A program made the translations under genes and the position numbers. 47,723 nt of DNA from a bacterium. Its GTDB lineage: Bacteria > Spirochaetota > JAHITG01. The stretch is from the NCBI GenBank assembly GCA_028711675.1, contig JAQTRT010000001.1, positions 1 to 47,723 of the forward strand, in the 5' to 3' direction. Shown here in pieces: positions 35,700 to 43,631 of this stretch. The notes under the pieces are model-generated. The model saw nothing but the letters and a program-made list of their open reading frames with translations, was not told the DNA's origin and ran no database searches. Position 1 is the first letter of the stretch; each line of letters starts with the position of its first letter.

Positions 35700-36187
35700 A
35701 TAAGATCCAGTATATCACGATCAGCACAAGATGGGGAAAGTGTTCTCTGTTGTTCCGGGAGGACATCATCCTTGAATTGATACTTCCGTCCGGGCGGTTA
35801 CGGAGAACAGGCCGCTGCACCGGGTATCACGGGAAAAAGAAGTGGCTCTCCGGACTCCGAAAAAGGATGGTCCGGTATTTTAACGGCAGGCGGACGACCT
35901 TTCCTTTCCTTTCGCACCTGGAGTTTTCCGGTTACACGCCTTTCCAAAAAAAAGTCGTACAACAGCTTATGAAGGTCCCGTACGGGGAAAGGATCAGTTA
36001 TATGCAACTGGCAGAAAAAGCCGGCAGTCCAAAAGCCTGCCGCTGCGTGGGGAACATCATGGCTAAGAACAAGGTTCCTCTGATCATTCCCTGCCACCGG
36101 GTCATCAGAAGCAGCGGTGATATCGGCAGTTTTGGTTACGGCCGTTCCTATAAGCAGAAACTTCTGGAGCTGGAAAAAATAATTTGA
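35696..36187 (+). CDS. ogt: Methylated-DNA--protein-cysteine methyltransferase (MGMT/Ogt)
   Basis: Has the active site IIPCHRVIRSSG and the upstream YGERISYMQLAEKAGSPKACRCVGNIMAKN. The ATG at 35696 overlaps the upstream stop (ATGA). The longer track start at 35585 would overlap the previous gene by 115 nt. Confidence 0.85.
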   Translation: MNKIQYITISTRWGKCSLLFREDIILELILPSGRLRRTGRCTGYHGKKKWLSGLRKRMVRYFNGRRTTFPFLSHLEFSGYTPFQKKVVQQLMKVPYGERISYMQLAEKAGSPKACRCVGNIMAKNKVPLIIPCHRVIRSSGDIGSFGYGRSYKQKLLELEKII

Positions 36188-36217
36188 AAAAAAAAATGAA
36201 AAGGTTATATATTTTTT

Positions 36218-37387
36218 ATGATTAAAATCGATTATTCCCGGAAGATCAAGCAATTACCTCCTTATTTGTTCGCAGAAATGGACCGGCTGAAGCAGGAGGG
36301 GGTCAAGCAAGGCCAAAGGATCATCAGTTTCGGCATCGGTGATCCTGATCTGGCCACGCCGGAACCCATTATCCAGGCTTTAAAAAAAGCCGCGGATGCT
36401 CCGGAGAACCACCATTATCCTTCTTATGAAGGATTGTTCCTGTTCAGGAAGGAGATAAGTCAGTGGTTTATAAAGCGTTATGGCGTGTCTCTGGACCCGG
36501 AAACAGAGATCCTCTCCCTTCTTGGATCCAAGGAGGGGATCGGCCATCTGCCGTTCGCTTTCATTGACAAGAATGATTTTGTGCTTGTACCTGACCCGGG
36601 GTATACTGTGTACAGATCAGGAACGGTCTTTGCCGGCGGAACGCCTTATCTCATGCCTTTGAGGAAGGAGAACGGTTTCCTTCCCGATCTGAAGGCCATC
36701 CCGGAACGTATAAAAAAGAGAGCCCGGCTGATGTTCATCAATTATCCCAATAATCCCACGGCTGCCAGTGCTCCAAGAGCTTTTTTTGAGGATGTGGTTA
36801 AGATGGCCCAGCGTTACCATATCATTGTGGCGCATGATGCGGCTTATAATGAAATGTATTTTGATAATGAGAAGCCTTTTTCTTTTCTGGAGGTGAAGGG
36901 AGCAAGGGACGTAGGCATAGAATTTCATTCGTTTTCCAAGACCTTTAACATGACCGGCTGGCGGGTGGGGTTTGCCGCAGGAAATGCTGATATCCTGAAA
37001 GGCCTGGGAAGCATAAAGAACAATCTTGATTCGGGTGTTTTTCAGGCTGTACAGTACGCTGCCATGGAAGCCTTGAGGCGATACGATGAGCTCAGCGCCC
37101 CCATCCGGAAGGTATACGGCAGCCGAAGGGACCTTGTGGCTGCCAGGATGGATGAACTGGGATGGAAGTACGTGAAACCAAAGGCCACCTTTTATTTTTG
37201 GGTGGAAACACCGGCAGGATATGATTCCCGGAAGATGACCATGCGGCTGCTTCAGGAAGCCGGTATCATGGTAACACCCGGGAATGGATTCGGTGAGAAT
37301 GGCGAAGGTTTTATCCGGCTGGCCGTCACAGTGAACGATGATCTGATCAATGAGGCTTTTGATAAAATAGGATCCATAAGGTGGTGA
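36218..37387 (+). CDS. Class I PLP-dependent aminotransferase (LL-diaminopimelate aminotransferase-like)
   Basis: LPPYLFAEMD near the N-terminus, NYPNNPT, and the PLP-lysine motif SFSKTFNMTGWRVG. Length is 389 aa. Confidence 0.8.
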   Translation: MIKIDYSRKIKQLPPYLFAEMDRLKQEGVKQGQRIISFGIGDPDLATPEPIIQALKKAADAPENHHYPSYEGLFLFRKEISQWFIKRYGVSLDPETEILSLLGSKEGIGHLPFAFIDKNDFVLVPDPGYTVYRSGTVFAGGTPYLMPLRKENGFLPDLKAIPERIKKRARLMFINYPNNPTAASAPRAFFEDVVKMAQRYHIIVAHDAAYNEMYFDNEKPFSFLEVKGARDVGIEFHSFSKTFNMTGWRVGFAAGNADILKGLGSIKNNLDSGVFQAVQYAAMEALRRYDELSAPIRKVYGSRRDLVAARMDELGWKYVKPKATFYFWVETPAGYDSRKMTMRLLQEAGIMVTPGNGFGENGEGFIRLAVTVNDDLINEAFDKIGSIRW

Positions 37388-37391
37388 AAAC

Positions 37392-37730
37392 ATGAAAAAA
37401 ATTATTTTCTTATGCGGCCTTTTTTTCTTTTTTCATTGTAAAACGACTTCTTATCCTTATATTGTAAAAGGTTATTATGTCAACAATAATCAGCAGTATG
37501 AGGTTGAAGCGTATGGTTTGACCAAGCAGGATGTCCAGAATGCCGTTCAATCCCGTAATATCGCCAAAGAGGCGGCACTTATTGTTGCCCAAAAAAAAGT
37601 AATGGATGAATTTAATATCCCTCAAGGTAAGGTTATCCGTTCCGGACTTATCAAGGATGTTGAATTCATCAACAACAAGACCTGCCGGATCATTTATACA
37701 GTCGATGTGAATGACCTTAAAGAACAATAA
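37392..37730 (+). CDS. Small secreted / lipoprotein-like hypothetical protein
   Basis: Hydrophobic N-terminus MKKIIFLCGLFFFFHC. The 112-aa product starts 4 nt after the aminotransferase stop. No family was recognised. Confidence 0.45.
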   Translation: MKKIIFLCGLFFFFHCKTTSYPYIVKGYYVNNNQQYEVEAYGLTKQDVQNAVQSRNIAKEAALIVAQKKVMDEFNIPQGKVIRSGLIKDVEFINNKTCRIIYTVDVNDLKEQ

Positions 37731-37880
37731 AATTTTCATTCCTCATCCTGTCATTCCGATCTTAAAGCATTAAGTAATTTATATCCCACGGGACATTGCT
37801 GTGAAATAAAGTACGGTATGAGTTGCTTTCCGGCGCATTTTCAGGGATTCCCCGAATAATCTTATCGTGGAGCAGTAAGG

Positions 37881-38375
37881 ATGGAGCGTAAGACAAGGAA
37901 TGACTTCATTTACCTGTCATTGGGTTCCAACCAGGGCAACAGAGAGATGAATCTGGAGAGAGCAGTTGAAAAGCTTGCTCAGCAGGGGGTCCGGATCGTA
38001 CGCCTCTCTTCTCTGTACGAGACGGAACCAGTGGGTTTCCCTGACCAGCCTTGCTTTTTAAACAAAGTGGCTGAATGCGATACTTCTCTGTCGCCGGAAA
38101 AACTGCTCCAGGCAATCCAGCAGGTGGAAAATGAGATGGGGCGCGTGCGGACATGTAAATGGGGGCCGCGAACCATCGATATCGATATCCTTTTTTATAA
38201 GGACTGCGTCTTTCAGAGGAAAGACCTTCTCATTCCCCATCCTGAAATAGAGAATAGGAATTTTATCCTGGTCCCCCTGGCTGAACTGAACCCTGAACTC
38301 TTTCATCCCGTATCCCGGAAAAGGCTGAAAGACCTGATCAGCAGTAAGAAAGGGGCTGTGAACCGTTTAAAATAA
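37881..38375 (+). CDS. folK: 2-amino-4-hydroxy-6-hydroxymethyldihydropteridine diphosphokinase
   Basis: Contains YLSLGSNQGN, LYETEPVG, GPRTIDIDIL and LIPHPEIENRNFILVPLAEL. Confidence 0.9.
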   Translation: MERKTRNDFIYLSLGSNQGNREMNLERAVEKLAQQGVRIVRLSSLYETEPVGFPDQPCFLNKVAECDTSLSPEKLLQAIQQVENEMGRVRTCKWGPRTIDIDILFYKDCVFQRKDLLIPHPEIENRNFILVPLAELNPELFHPVSRKRLKDLISSKKGAVNRLK

Positions 38376-38417
38376 TACTTGAAAATGATAATTTAATTGT
38401 TATACTGATGTAATAAT

Positions 38418-39251
38418 ATGAAATATCTCAGTTTATTGAATGAGAAAAAGAAGAATAAAGAGAAGATCACGGCGCTGACCGCTTATGATTATCCTACAGC
38501 CAGGATCCTGGATGAGTCAGGCATCGATATCGTTCTGGTAGGCGACTCTTACGCAATGGTTAAACTGGGCCATGAGACCACTCTGCCGGTCACTATGACA
38601 GAGATGCTGAGCATCAGCCAGGCTGTCTCCCGCGGGATTCGTGAGAGCATACTGATCATCGACATGCCTTTTCTGTCCTATCAGGTTTCAGAGGCCGAGG
38701 CTATGTACAACATAGGCCTTTTCTTCAAGGAGACAAAGGCCCAGGCCGTGAAGATAGAGGCCACGGCGAACAATATCAGTCTGATCGGCAAAATTGTAAA
38801 AATGGACGTGCCTATCATGGCCCATATCGGGCTCACGCCCCAGTCCGTATACCGTCTGGGCGGTTACCGGATCCAGGGAAAAGACGCTGAATCGGCGTAC
38901 CGTATCTATGAACAGGCCCTCGCCCTGGAAAAAGCAGGAGTTTGTTCCCTTGTGCTGGAAGGCATGACATCTGAATTAAGCCAGAGGATAACAGAAGAAT
39001 TGAGCATCCCCACGATCGGGATAGGGGCCGGTCTTTATTGTGACGGCCAGATCCTTGTCATAGACGATCTGCTGGGGATGAACCCGGATTATCTGCCGAA
39101 ACACACCAAACAGTACGCAGACCTATACGGCATCATCAGGGATGCGGTCGGAAAATATATGATTGATGTCGAGCAATCACGATTTCCCGAAGAGAAACAT
39201 TTTACGCATCTGGAAGAAAAAGAAAAATTTTACAAAAAAATAAAAGCATGA
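38418..39251 (+). CDS. panB: 3-methyl-2-oxobutanoate hydroxymethyltransferase
   Basis: Contains ITALTAYDYPTARILDESGIDIVLVGDS..MV.LGHETTLPVTM, VKIE and HIGLTPQS. Confidence 0.9.
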   Translation: MKYLSLLNEKKKNKEKITALTAYDYPTARILDESGIDIVLVGDSYAMVKLGHETTLPVTMTEMLSISQAVSRGIRESILIIDMPFLSYQVSEAEAMYNIGLFFKETKAQAVKIEATANNISLIGKIVKMDVPIMAHIGLTPQSVYRLGGYRIQGKDAESAYRIYEQALALEKAGVCSLVLEGMTSELSQRITEELSIPTIGIGAGLYCDGQILVIDDLLGMNPDYLPKHTKQYADLYGIIRDAVGKYMIDVEQSRFPEEKHFTHLEEKEKFYKKIKA

Positions 39252-40096
39252 AGATCATTAAAGACCCTAAGATCATGCAGCGGATTATTTGGAACTTAAA
39301 ATCAAAGAAGAAAAAGATAGGTTTTGTCCCGACCATGGGAGCGCTGCATGAAGGCCATCTGAGCCTGGTCCGGGCCAGCCGGAAGGAGAACGATATCACC
39401 GTGGTAAGTATCTTCGTGAATCCGGCCCAGTTCGGACCTCATGAGGATTACCGGGCTTATCCGCGGTCGTTTGGGCCTGACCAGAAGAAATGCAAGGCCG
39501 AGCATGTGGATTTTATTTTTTATCCCCGGGCGCAGGTCATGTATCCGGCCGGTTATGCCACCTATACTTATGTGGAAGGATTATCGGAAGTACTGTGCGG
39601 ACAGAAGAGGCCGGGGCATTTCAAGGGAGTGGCCACCATCGTGCTGAAACTGCTCCATATCATCATGCCGGACCATGTTTACTTCGGCATGAAGGATTAT
39701 CAGCAGTATATCATCATCAAAAAGATGGCGGAAGACCTGAACCTCGGGATTACGGTTATCGGATTGCCCATCATACGCGAGAGGATCGGCCTGGCCATGA
39801 GCTCACGGAATGCCTATCTGACCAGAGAGGAGAAAGAAGAGGCCACCTTGCTCTCCATGGCCTTGTTTTACGCCAAAGGTCTTGTGGAAACGGGCGAGGC
39901 ACAGGGAGGAAAAGTGGTGAAGAGCATCTACCGGATCCTTCTCAGCGGACGGATCATCAAACCCCGGGACATAGATTATATATCCATCATGGATAGTAAG
40001 ACACTGACGGAATTGAAGATCGTTCAAAAACCGTGTGTGATCGCCTTGGCCGTGCGGATCGGGAAAGCCCGCCTCATTGATAATATCATCCTTTGA
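39248..40096 (+). CDS. panC: Pantoate--beta-alanine ligase
   Basis: Contains GFVPTMGALHEGHLSLV, VSIFVNPAQFGP, and GHFKGVATIVLKLL. The start overlaps the panB stop (ATGA). Confidence 0.9.
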   Translation: MKIIKDPKIMQRIIWNLKSKKKKIGFVPTMGALHEGHLSLVRASRKENDITVVSIFVNPAQFGPHEDYRAYPRSFGPDQKKCKAEHVDFIFYPRAQVMYPAGYATYTYVEGLSEVLCGQKRPGHFKGVATIVLKLLHIIMPDHVYFGMKDYQQYIIIKKMAEDLNLGITVIGLPIIRERIGLAMSSRNAYLTREEKEEATLLSMALFYAKGLVETGEAQGGKVVKSIYRILLSGRIIKPRDIDYISIMDSKTLTELKIVQKPCVIALAVRIGKARLIDNIIL

Positions 40097-40102
40097 TTCG
40101 TT

Positions 40103-40753
40103 ATGCGGAGAACTTTATTTTTTATTATGCTGTTCTTATCTGCTTCGCTTGATGCAGCCGGGTCTTTTGATAATTATGTGGGATTGAATTTAATCTACAA
40201 TCAGGCCGAACTGATCGAACCGGAATCAGACAGCCAGGGGCTTGGTGCTGATCTGTTTTATCAATCCTACGTCCGGCCGAATTTCTCATACTCCATCCTT
40301 TTCGGATTCCTGTATAATTTTTTTTCCAATGATTTTCAGGAACAGATCTTTTACCCCACCTCCGGCACCATGAACCTGGATTATACACGTGAAGATCGAT
40401 TTTATCATTTTTCCATGGGCCTTCTCTTCAATTATTCCCGGCTCTATGGCGCGTTCAGGCCGTTTATTTCTCTGGGGACACTGGGAACGTTCATTTACAA
40501 GACCTATCATTACACGTACCGCACCAGTCCCGGTGATTTCATCGAAACAGAAAAAAAGAGCTGGTGGCTGCCAACCACGCTTTTCATTCCCATCAGCCTG
40601 GGCGTCCAGTATTTTCTGGACCAGAAGAACCTCATTCAGTTCTGCTTCTCCTATCATATCCCTTTATGGGACAAGACGGTTGAGAACTACGGATATACGA
40701 ACATCCTTTGCCTGAAGCTGGGTTATCTCCGCTCCATCTCCTTTAAACTGTAA
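40103..40753 (+). CDS. Small outer-membrane beta-barrel protein (OmpW/OmpA-beta-barrel-like, by pattern)
   Basis: Signal peptide MRRTLFFIMLFLSASLDAAG, followed by alternating aromatic/hydrophobic strands, ending LGYLRSISFKL. Confidence 0.5.
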   Translation: MRRTLFFIMLFLSASLDAAGSFDNYVGLNLIYNQAELIEPESDSQGLGADLFYQSYVRPNFSYSILFGFLYNFFSNDFQEQIFYPTSGTMNLDYTREDRFYHFSMGLLFNYSRLYGAFRPFISLGTLGTFIYKTYHYTYRTSPGDFIETEKKSWWLPTTLFIPISLGVQYFLDQKNLIQFCFSYHIPLWDKTVENYGYTNILCLKLGYLRSISFKL

Positions 40754-40756
40754 AAC

Positions 40757-41749
40757 ATGAAGATTTTATTGATAGCGCCTTACGGCATCGGTAATGTGAT
40801 CCTGGCCCTGCCGGCCATGAAACAGCTGCGGGACCATTTCCCTGAAGCCAGGATCGACTGCCTGACCACGCTAAGGTCCGTTTATCATGTGGTCACCGGA
40901 GTGCCGGATTTTCGCCTGTTCCAGAACATATATCAGCTCACTGTCCGCGACATGCTCACCATCATCAGACAGCGGTATGATTATTCCCTTCTTCTGTTCC
41001 CGTCGCCGAAGATCCATTATAACCTTCTTAACTTTTTTACATTGGCTAAAAAGAGGATCGGTTCCCGGTTCCCTGGCTCAGGGATCATGCAGGGGACCTT
41101 TTTAAACACACACTCTGTCCTTGTTAAACCGGGTCTGCACGATGTGTATCAGAACCTTGAGCTGTTGTCCGTGTGGGGCATCAAGGGACGCAGGGTCAGC
41201 CGGCTGGTCAGCCTTCTGGCTGACAGAAATAAGAGGAAAACCGTCGGTGTTCATCCCGGATGTAAAATAAAGGATCATTATAAGAAATGGGATAACGGGA
41301 AGTATGCCGGGATCATACGCCTTATCCTGGACAGGACATCTTACCGGATCAAGCTCTTCTTCGGGCCTGATGAAATGGAGCATTATCAGTATTTTTACGA
41401 AATCTTTAAGGAAAATAAAAGGATCAGTTATGTCCATCACCAATCCATCCGGTCTGTTTTTAACGAGATCAATGAATGCCGTTTCTTCCTGTCCAATGAC
41501 ACAGGGCTCATGCATATTGCGAATTTTTTAGGGGTTTATAATATCGTGTTGGCCGGCCCCTCGGACTGGCGGCGGACAGGACTCTTTAACCGGCCTTATC
41601 AGCTTATCCGGATGGACCTGAATTGTATCCCCTGTTCGCACACCTATCATCTTTCTTCCTACCGGTTCCGCTGTATTTACGGCGATATCCGGTGCATGAA
41701 AGAAATTTCCGTTAAAAAAGTATGGAAAATACTGGAAATGGTTTTATAA
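40757..41749 (+). CDS. Glycosyltransferase family 9 (heptosyltransferase-like), second copy
   Basis: MKILLIAPYGIGNVILALPAMKQLR, GVHPGC and SNDTGLMHIANFLG are GT9-like. The tail is Cys-rich (CIPCSHTY...CIYGDIRC). Confidence 0.8.
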   Translation: MKILLIAPYGIGNVILALPAMKQLRDHFPEARIDCLTTLRSVYHVVTGVPDFRLFQNIYQLTVRDMLTIIRQRYDYSLLLFPSPKIHYNLLNFFTLAKKRIGSRFPGSGIMQGTFLNTHSVLVKPGLHDVYQNLELLSVWGIKGRRVSRLVSLLADRNKRKTVGVHPGCKIKDHYKKWDNGKYAGIIRLILDRTSYRIKLFFGPDEMEHYQYFYEIFKENKRISYVHHQSIRSVFNEINECRFFLSNDTGLMHIANFLGVYNIVLAGPSDWRRTGLFNRPYQLIRMDLNCIPCSHTYHLSSYRFRCIYGDIRCMKEISVKKVWKILEMVL

Positions 41750-41773
41750 AAGATTATTATTATACCCGATAAA

Positions 41774-41857
41774 GCCGAAATGGTGGAATTGGCAGACACG
41801 CTACATTCAGGGTGTAGTAGGAGCAATCCTGTGTGGGTTCAACTCCCACTTTCGGCA
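41774..41857 (+). tRNA. tRNA-Leu (anticodon CAG)
   Basis: GCCGAAATGGTGGAATTGGCAGACACGCTACATTCAGGGTGTAGTAGGAGCAATCCTGTGTGGGTTCAACTCCCACTTTCGGCA has acceptor GCCGAAA/TTTCGGC, anticodon stem CTACA/TGTAG with loop TTCAGGG, a long variable arm, and T-arm GTGGG-TTCAACT-CCCAC. Confidence 0.9.
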
Positions 41858-41944
41858 CATCCTCTCCTTTTTATTAAAAATAATCATGGATTTTTATATC
41901 ACGGCTTATTAAAATTATTATTTGACGACCGAATTGTAATAGAT

Positions 41945-42694
41945 ATGATTGATGATGTGATAAGGAAAAAGTTCGACATCATCATCTTTATCGGCCGGCC
42001 GGGAGCAGGCAAGTCCGAAGTGATCGACTTTTTGAAACAGGTCCCTCTTGCCCGGCGTAAAAAGATATTTCATATTGCCAGGATCATGGAGATGGATGAT
42101 TTCAATTTTCTGATCCAGCGCGGTTCCAGGGATGATGTCCGGGAAAAGAAAGGACAGGCCCGGCTCGATACGCTCAGGGGGAAGCACTCCAGTTACCGTG
42201 TGAAATCCCGGATGACCTATGTCATGCTGACCCGGGATATCAACCAGTATTTTCTCCGTCATTACGATTCAGAACGGTTCTATGATTATAATACCCTTTT
42301 CCTGGAATTTTCCCGCGGAGGCAGACAAGCTTATCAGCAGACCCTGGAACAGCTCGATCCGCGGATCCTGAAAAGGGCAGTCCTGTTATACATCAGGGTC
42401 TCTTTTAGGGAATCCATGCGGAAGAACAAGAAGAGGTTTGATCCAGGCCGGGCGGATAGTATCCTGTACCATAAGGTCCCGTATCAGGTCATGCTCACTT
42501 ACCGTACGGATGATTGGGCCAGGATCACGGCCCGGGATAGGAATTATATTCTCCTGAACAAGCAGGTCATTCCGTACCTGGAATTCAACAATGAACCGGA
42601 AAAAACCAATGATCAGAAGAAAATAGGAATGGAATTACAAAAAGGCATTGATCATCTTTTAGACCTGTATAATAAAAAAGAGATACTGTATTGA
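41945..42694 (+). CDS. P-loop NTPase / kinase-like hypothetical protein
   Basis: Walker A IIIFIGRPGAGKSEV lies immediately after the ATG at 41945. The track ORF start (41780) is inside tRNA-Leu and was rejected. No specific family was recognised. Confidence 0.5.
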   Translation: MIDDVIRKKFDIIIFIGRPGAGKSEVIDFLKQVPLARRKKIFHIARIMEMDDFNFLIQRGSRDDVREKKGQARLDTLRGKHSSYRVKSRMTYVMLTRDINQYFLRHYDSERFYDYNTLFLEFSRGGRQAYQQTLEQLDPRILKRAVLLYIRVSFRESMRKNKKRFDPGRADSILYHKVPYQVMLTYRTDDWARITARDRNYILLNKQVIPYLEFNNEPEKTNDQKKIGMELQKGIDHLLDLYNKKEILY

Positions 42695-42786
42695 AAGGAG
42701 AGCAGGGCTCAGTCCGCTGAGCATGCCTGTGAAATAAGCCCGTCACAGGGTCTGATATAAATATTTTCACCAGAAGGAGGAACATT

Positions 42787-43371
42787 ATGATTATTAGTGA
42801 GGTTGTGAAAAAAGGCTGGGCAGAGGCTAAAAAGAGCTTCTGGTTCTTTGTGGGCCTGCTCATCATTTATTTTGCCATCGTTATCGTAGCAAGCCTGCTG
42901 CTGAATAAAATAAAATATGTCGGCCAGATCATCAGTTTCCTGTTATCTTTTTACCTGTCTGTTGGCCTTATCATCATTTCCCTGAAAAAAGCCAGGGGGC
43001 AGACAGCCAGTATCGGGGACTTATTTGCCGGATTCCCGTTTTTAGCCTCGTATGCCGGTGCCAGTATTCTGTACATGTTCATCGTGATAGCGGGCATGAT
43101 ACTCCTTATCTTTCCCGGAGTGATCTGGAGCCTGAAGTATATGTTCTATCCTTATTTGATCGTGGACAAGAACATGAAGGCTGTGGAATCCCTGAAAGCC
43201 AGCGCCAAGATCACGGAAGGATCAAAGTGGGACCTGTTGGGTATTAATTTTGTGATAGGTGTGATCAGCATGTTGGGTGTCCTTTGTCTTGTGATAGGGA
43301 TGTTCTGGACCATTCCCTTATCCATGATAGCCCAGGCATTGGTCTATATGAAGTTTGCCGAGAAGCTCTGA
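42787..43371 (+). CDS. Integral membrane protein (about 4-5 TM; DUF975-like by general pattern)
   Basis: A strong SD (GGAGG) precedes the ATG. Hydrophobic helices include FWFFVGLLIIYFAIVIVASLLL, IISFLLSFYLSVGLIIISL, ILYMFIVIAGMILLIFPGVIW and VIGVISMLGVLCLVIGMFWTIPL. Confidence 0.5.
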   Translation: MIISEVVKKGWAEAKKSFWFFVGLLIIYFAIVIVASLLLNKIKYVGQIISFLLSFYLSVGLIIISLKKARGQTASIGDLFAGFPFLASYAGASILYMFIVIAGMILLIFPGVIWSLKYMFYPYLIVDKNMKAVESLKASAKITEGSKWDLLGINFVIGVISMLGVLCLVIGMFWTIPLSMIAQALVYMKFAEKL

Positions 43372-43378
43372 TCTTCAT

Positions 43379-43428
43379 AATATTCCGGATGTCTCTGTAT
43401 CTGGTTTTTCCGGGACATCCGGAATATT
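43379..43428. terminator. Long perfect inverted repeat after the membrane-protein gene (possible terminator or protein-binding palindrome)
   Basis: AATATTCCGGATGTC (43379-43393) pairs with GACATCCGGAATATT (43414-43428). The arms are 15 bp with a 20-nt spacer, and only TTT follows. Confidence 0.4.
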
Positions 43429-43580
43429 TCAGCTAGCACCTTATGCATTTTATTGCACTTTTCTCTTCTATAAAATATAATCGTAATTTATATAAAATAT
43501 AAAGAATCAATATACATTCTCCGATATTTATAATACTAGAATAATATTAATACATCTGTTTTGGCATAAAAAATGCAATA

Positions 43581-43613
43581 AAATATGGTTGTTCCAGGTG
43601 AAGAACCATATTT
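43581..43613 (+). promoter_or_regulatory. Stem-loop in the 5' leader of the giant gene, abutting its ribosome-binding site
   Basis: AAATATGGTT (43581-43590) pairs with AACCATATTT (43604-43613), with an inner TTC/GAA extension. GGAGAG at 43616-43621 and the ATG at 43632 follow. Confidence 0.35.
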
Positions 43614-43631
43614 ACGGAGAGAACAGATTTG

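Noticed and set aside
36617-37393. 258-aa minus-strand ORF antisense to the aminotransferase gene. Similar long antisense ORFs lie at 27277-27942, 30393-31100, 15976-16578, 16620-17258 and 12275-12748.
   Set aside because: Each lies entirely inside a plus-strand gene with strong, recognisable family motifs. Their products are low-complexity or Pro/Gly/Arg-rich with no motifs. They are typical shadow ORFs on the strand opposite GC-richer coding sequence.
41780-41944. N-terminal 55 codons of the track ORF 41780-42694.
   Set aside because: The proposed ATG lies inside tRNA-Leu (41774-41857). The Walker A motif follows directly after the in-frame ATG at 41945, so the shorter CDS was adopted.
41774-43631. 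Possible genomic island integrated at tRNA-Leu (tRNA followed by a P-loop protein, a membrane protein and the giant adhesin-like gene).
   Set aside because: There is no integrase, recombinase or phage gene. I could not find a direct repeat of the tRNA 3' end downstream within the window. The right boundary is outside the window, so this cannot be supported.
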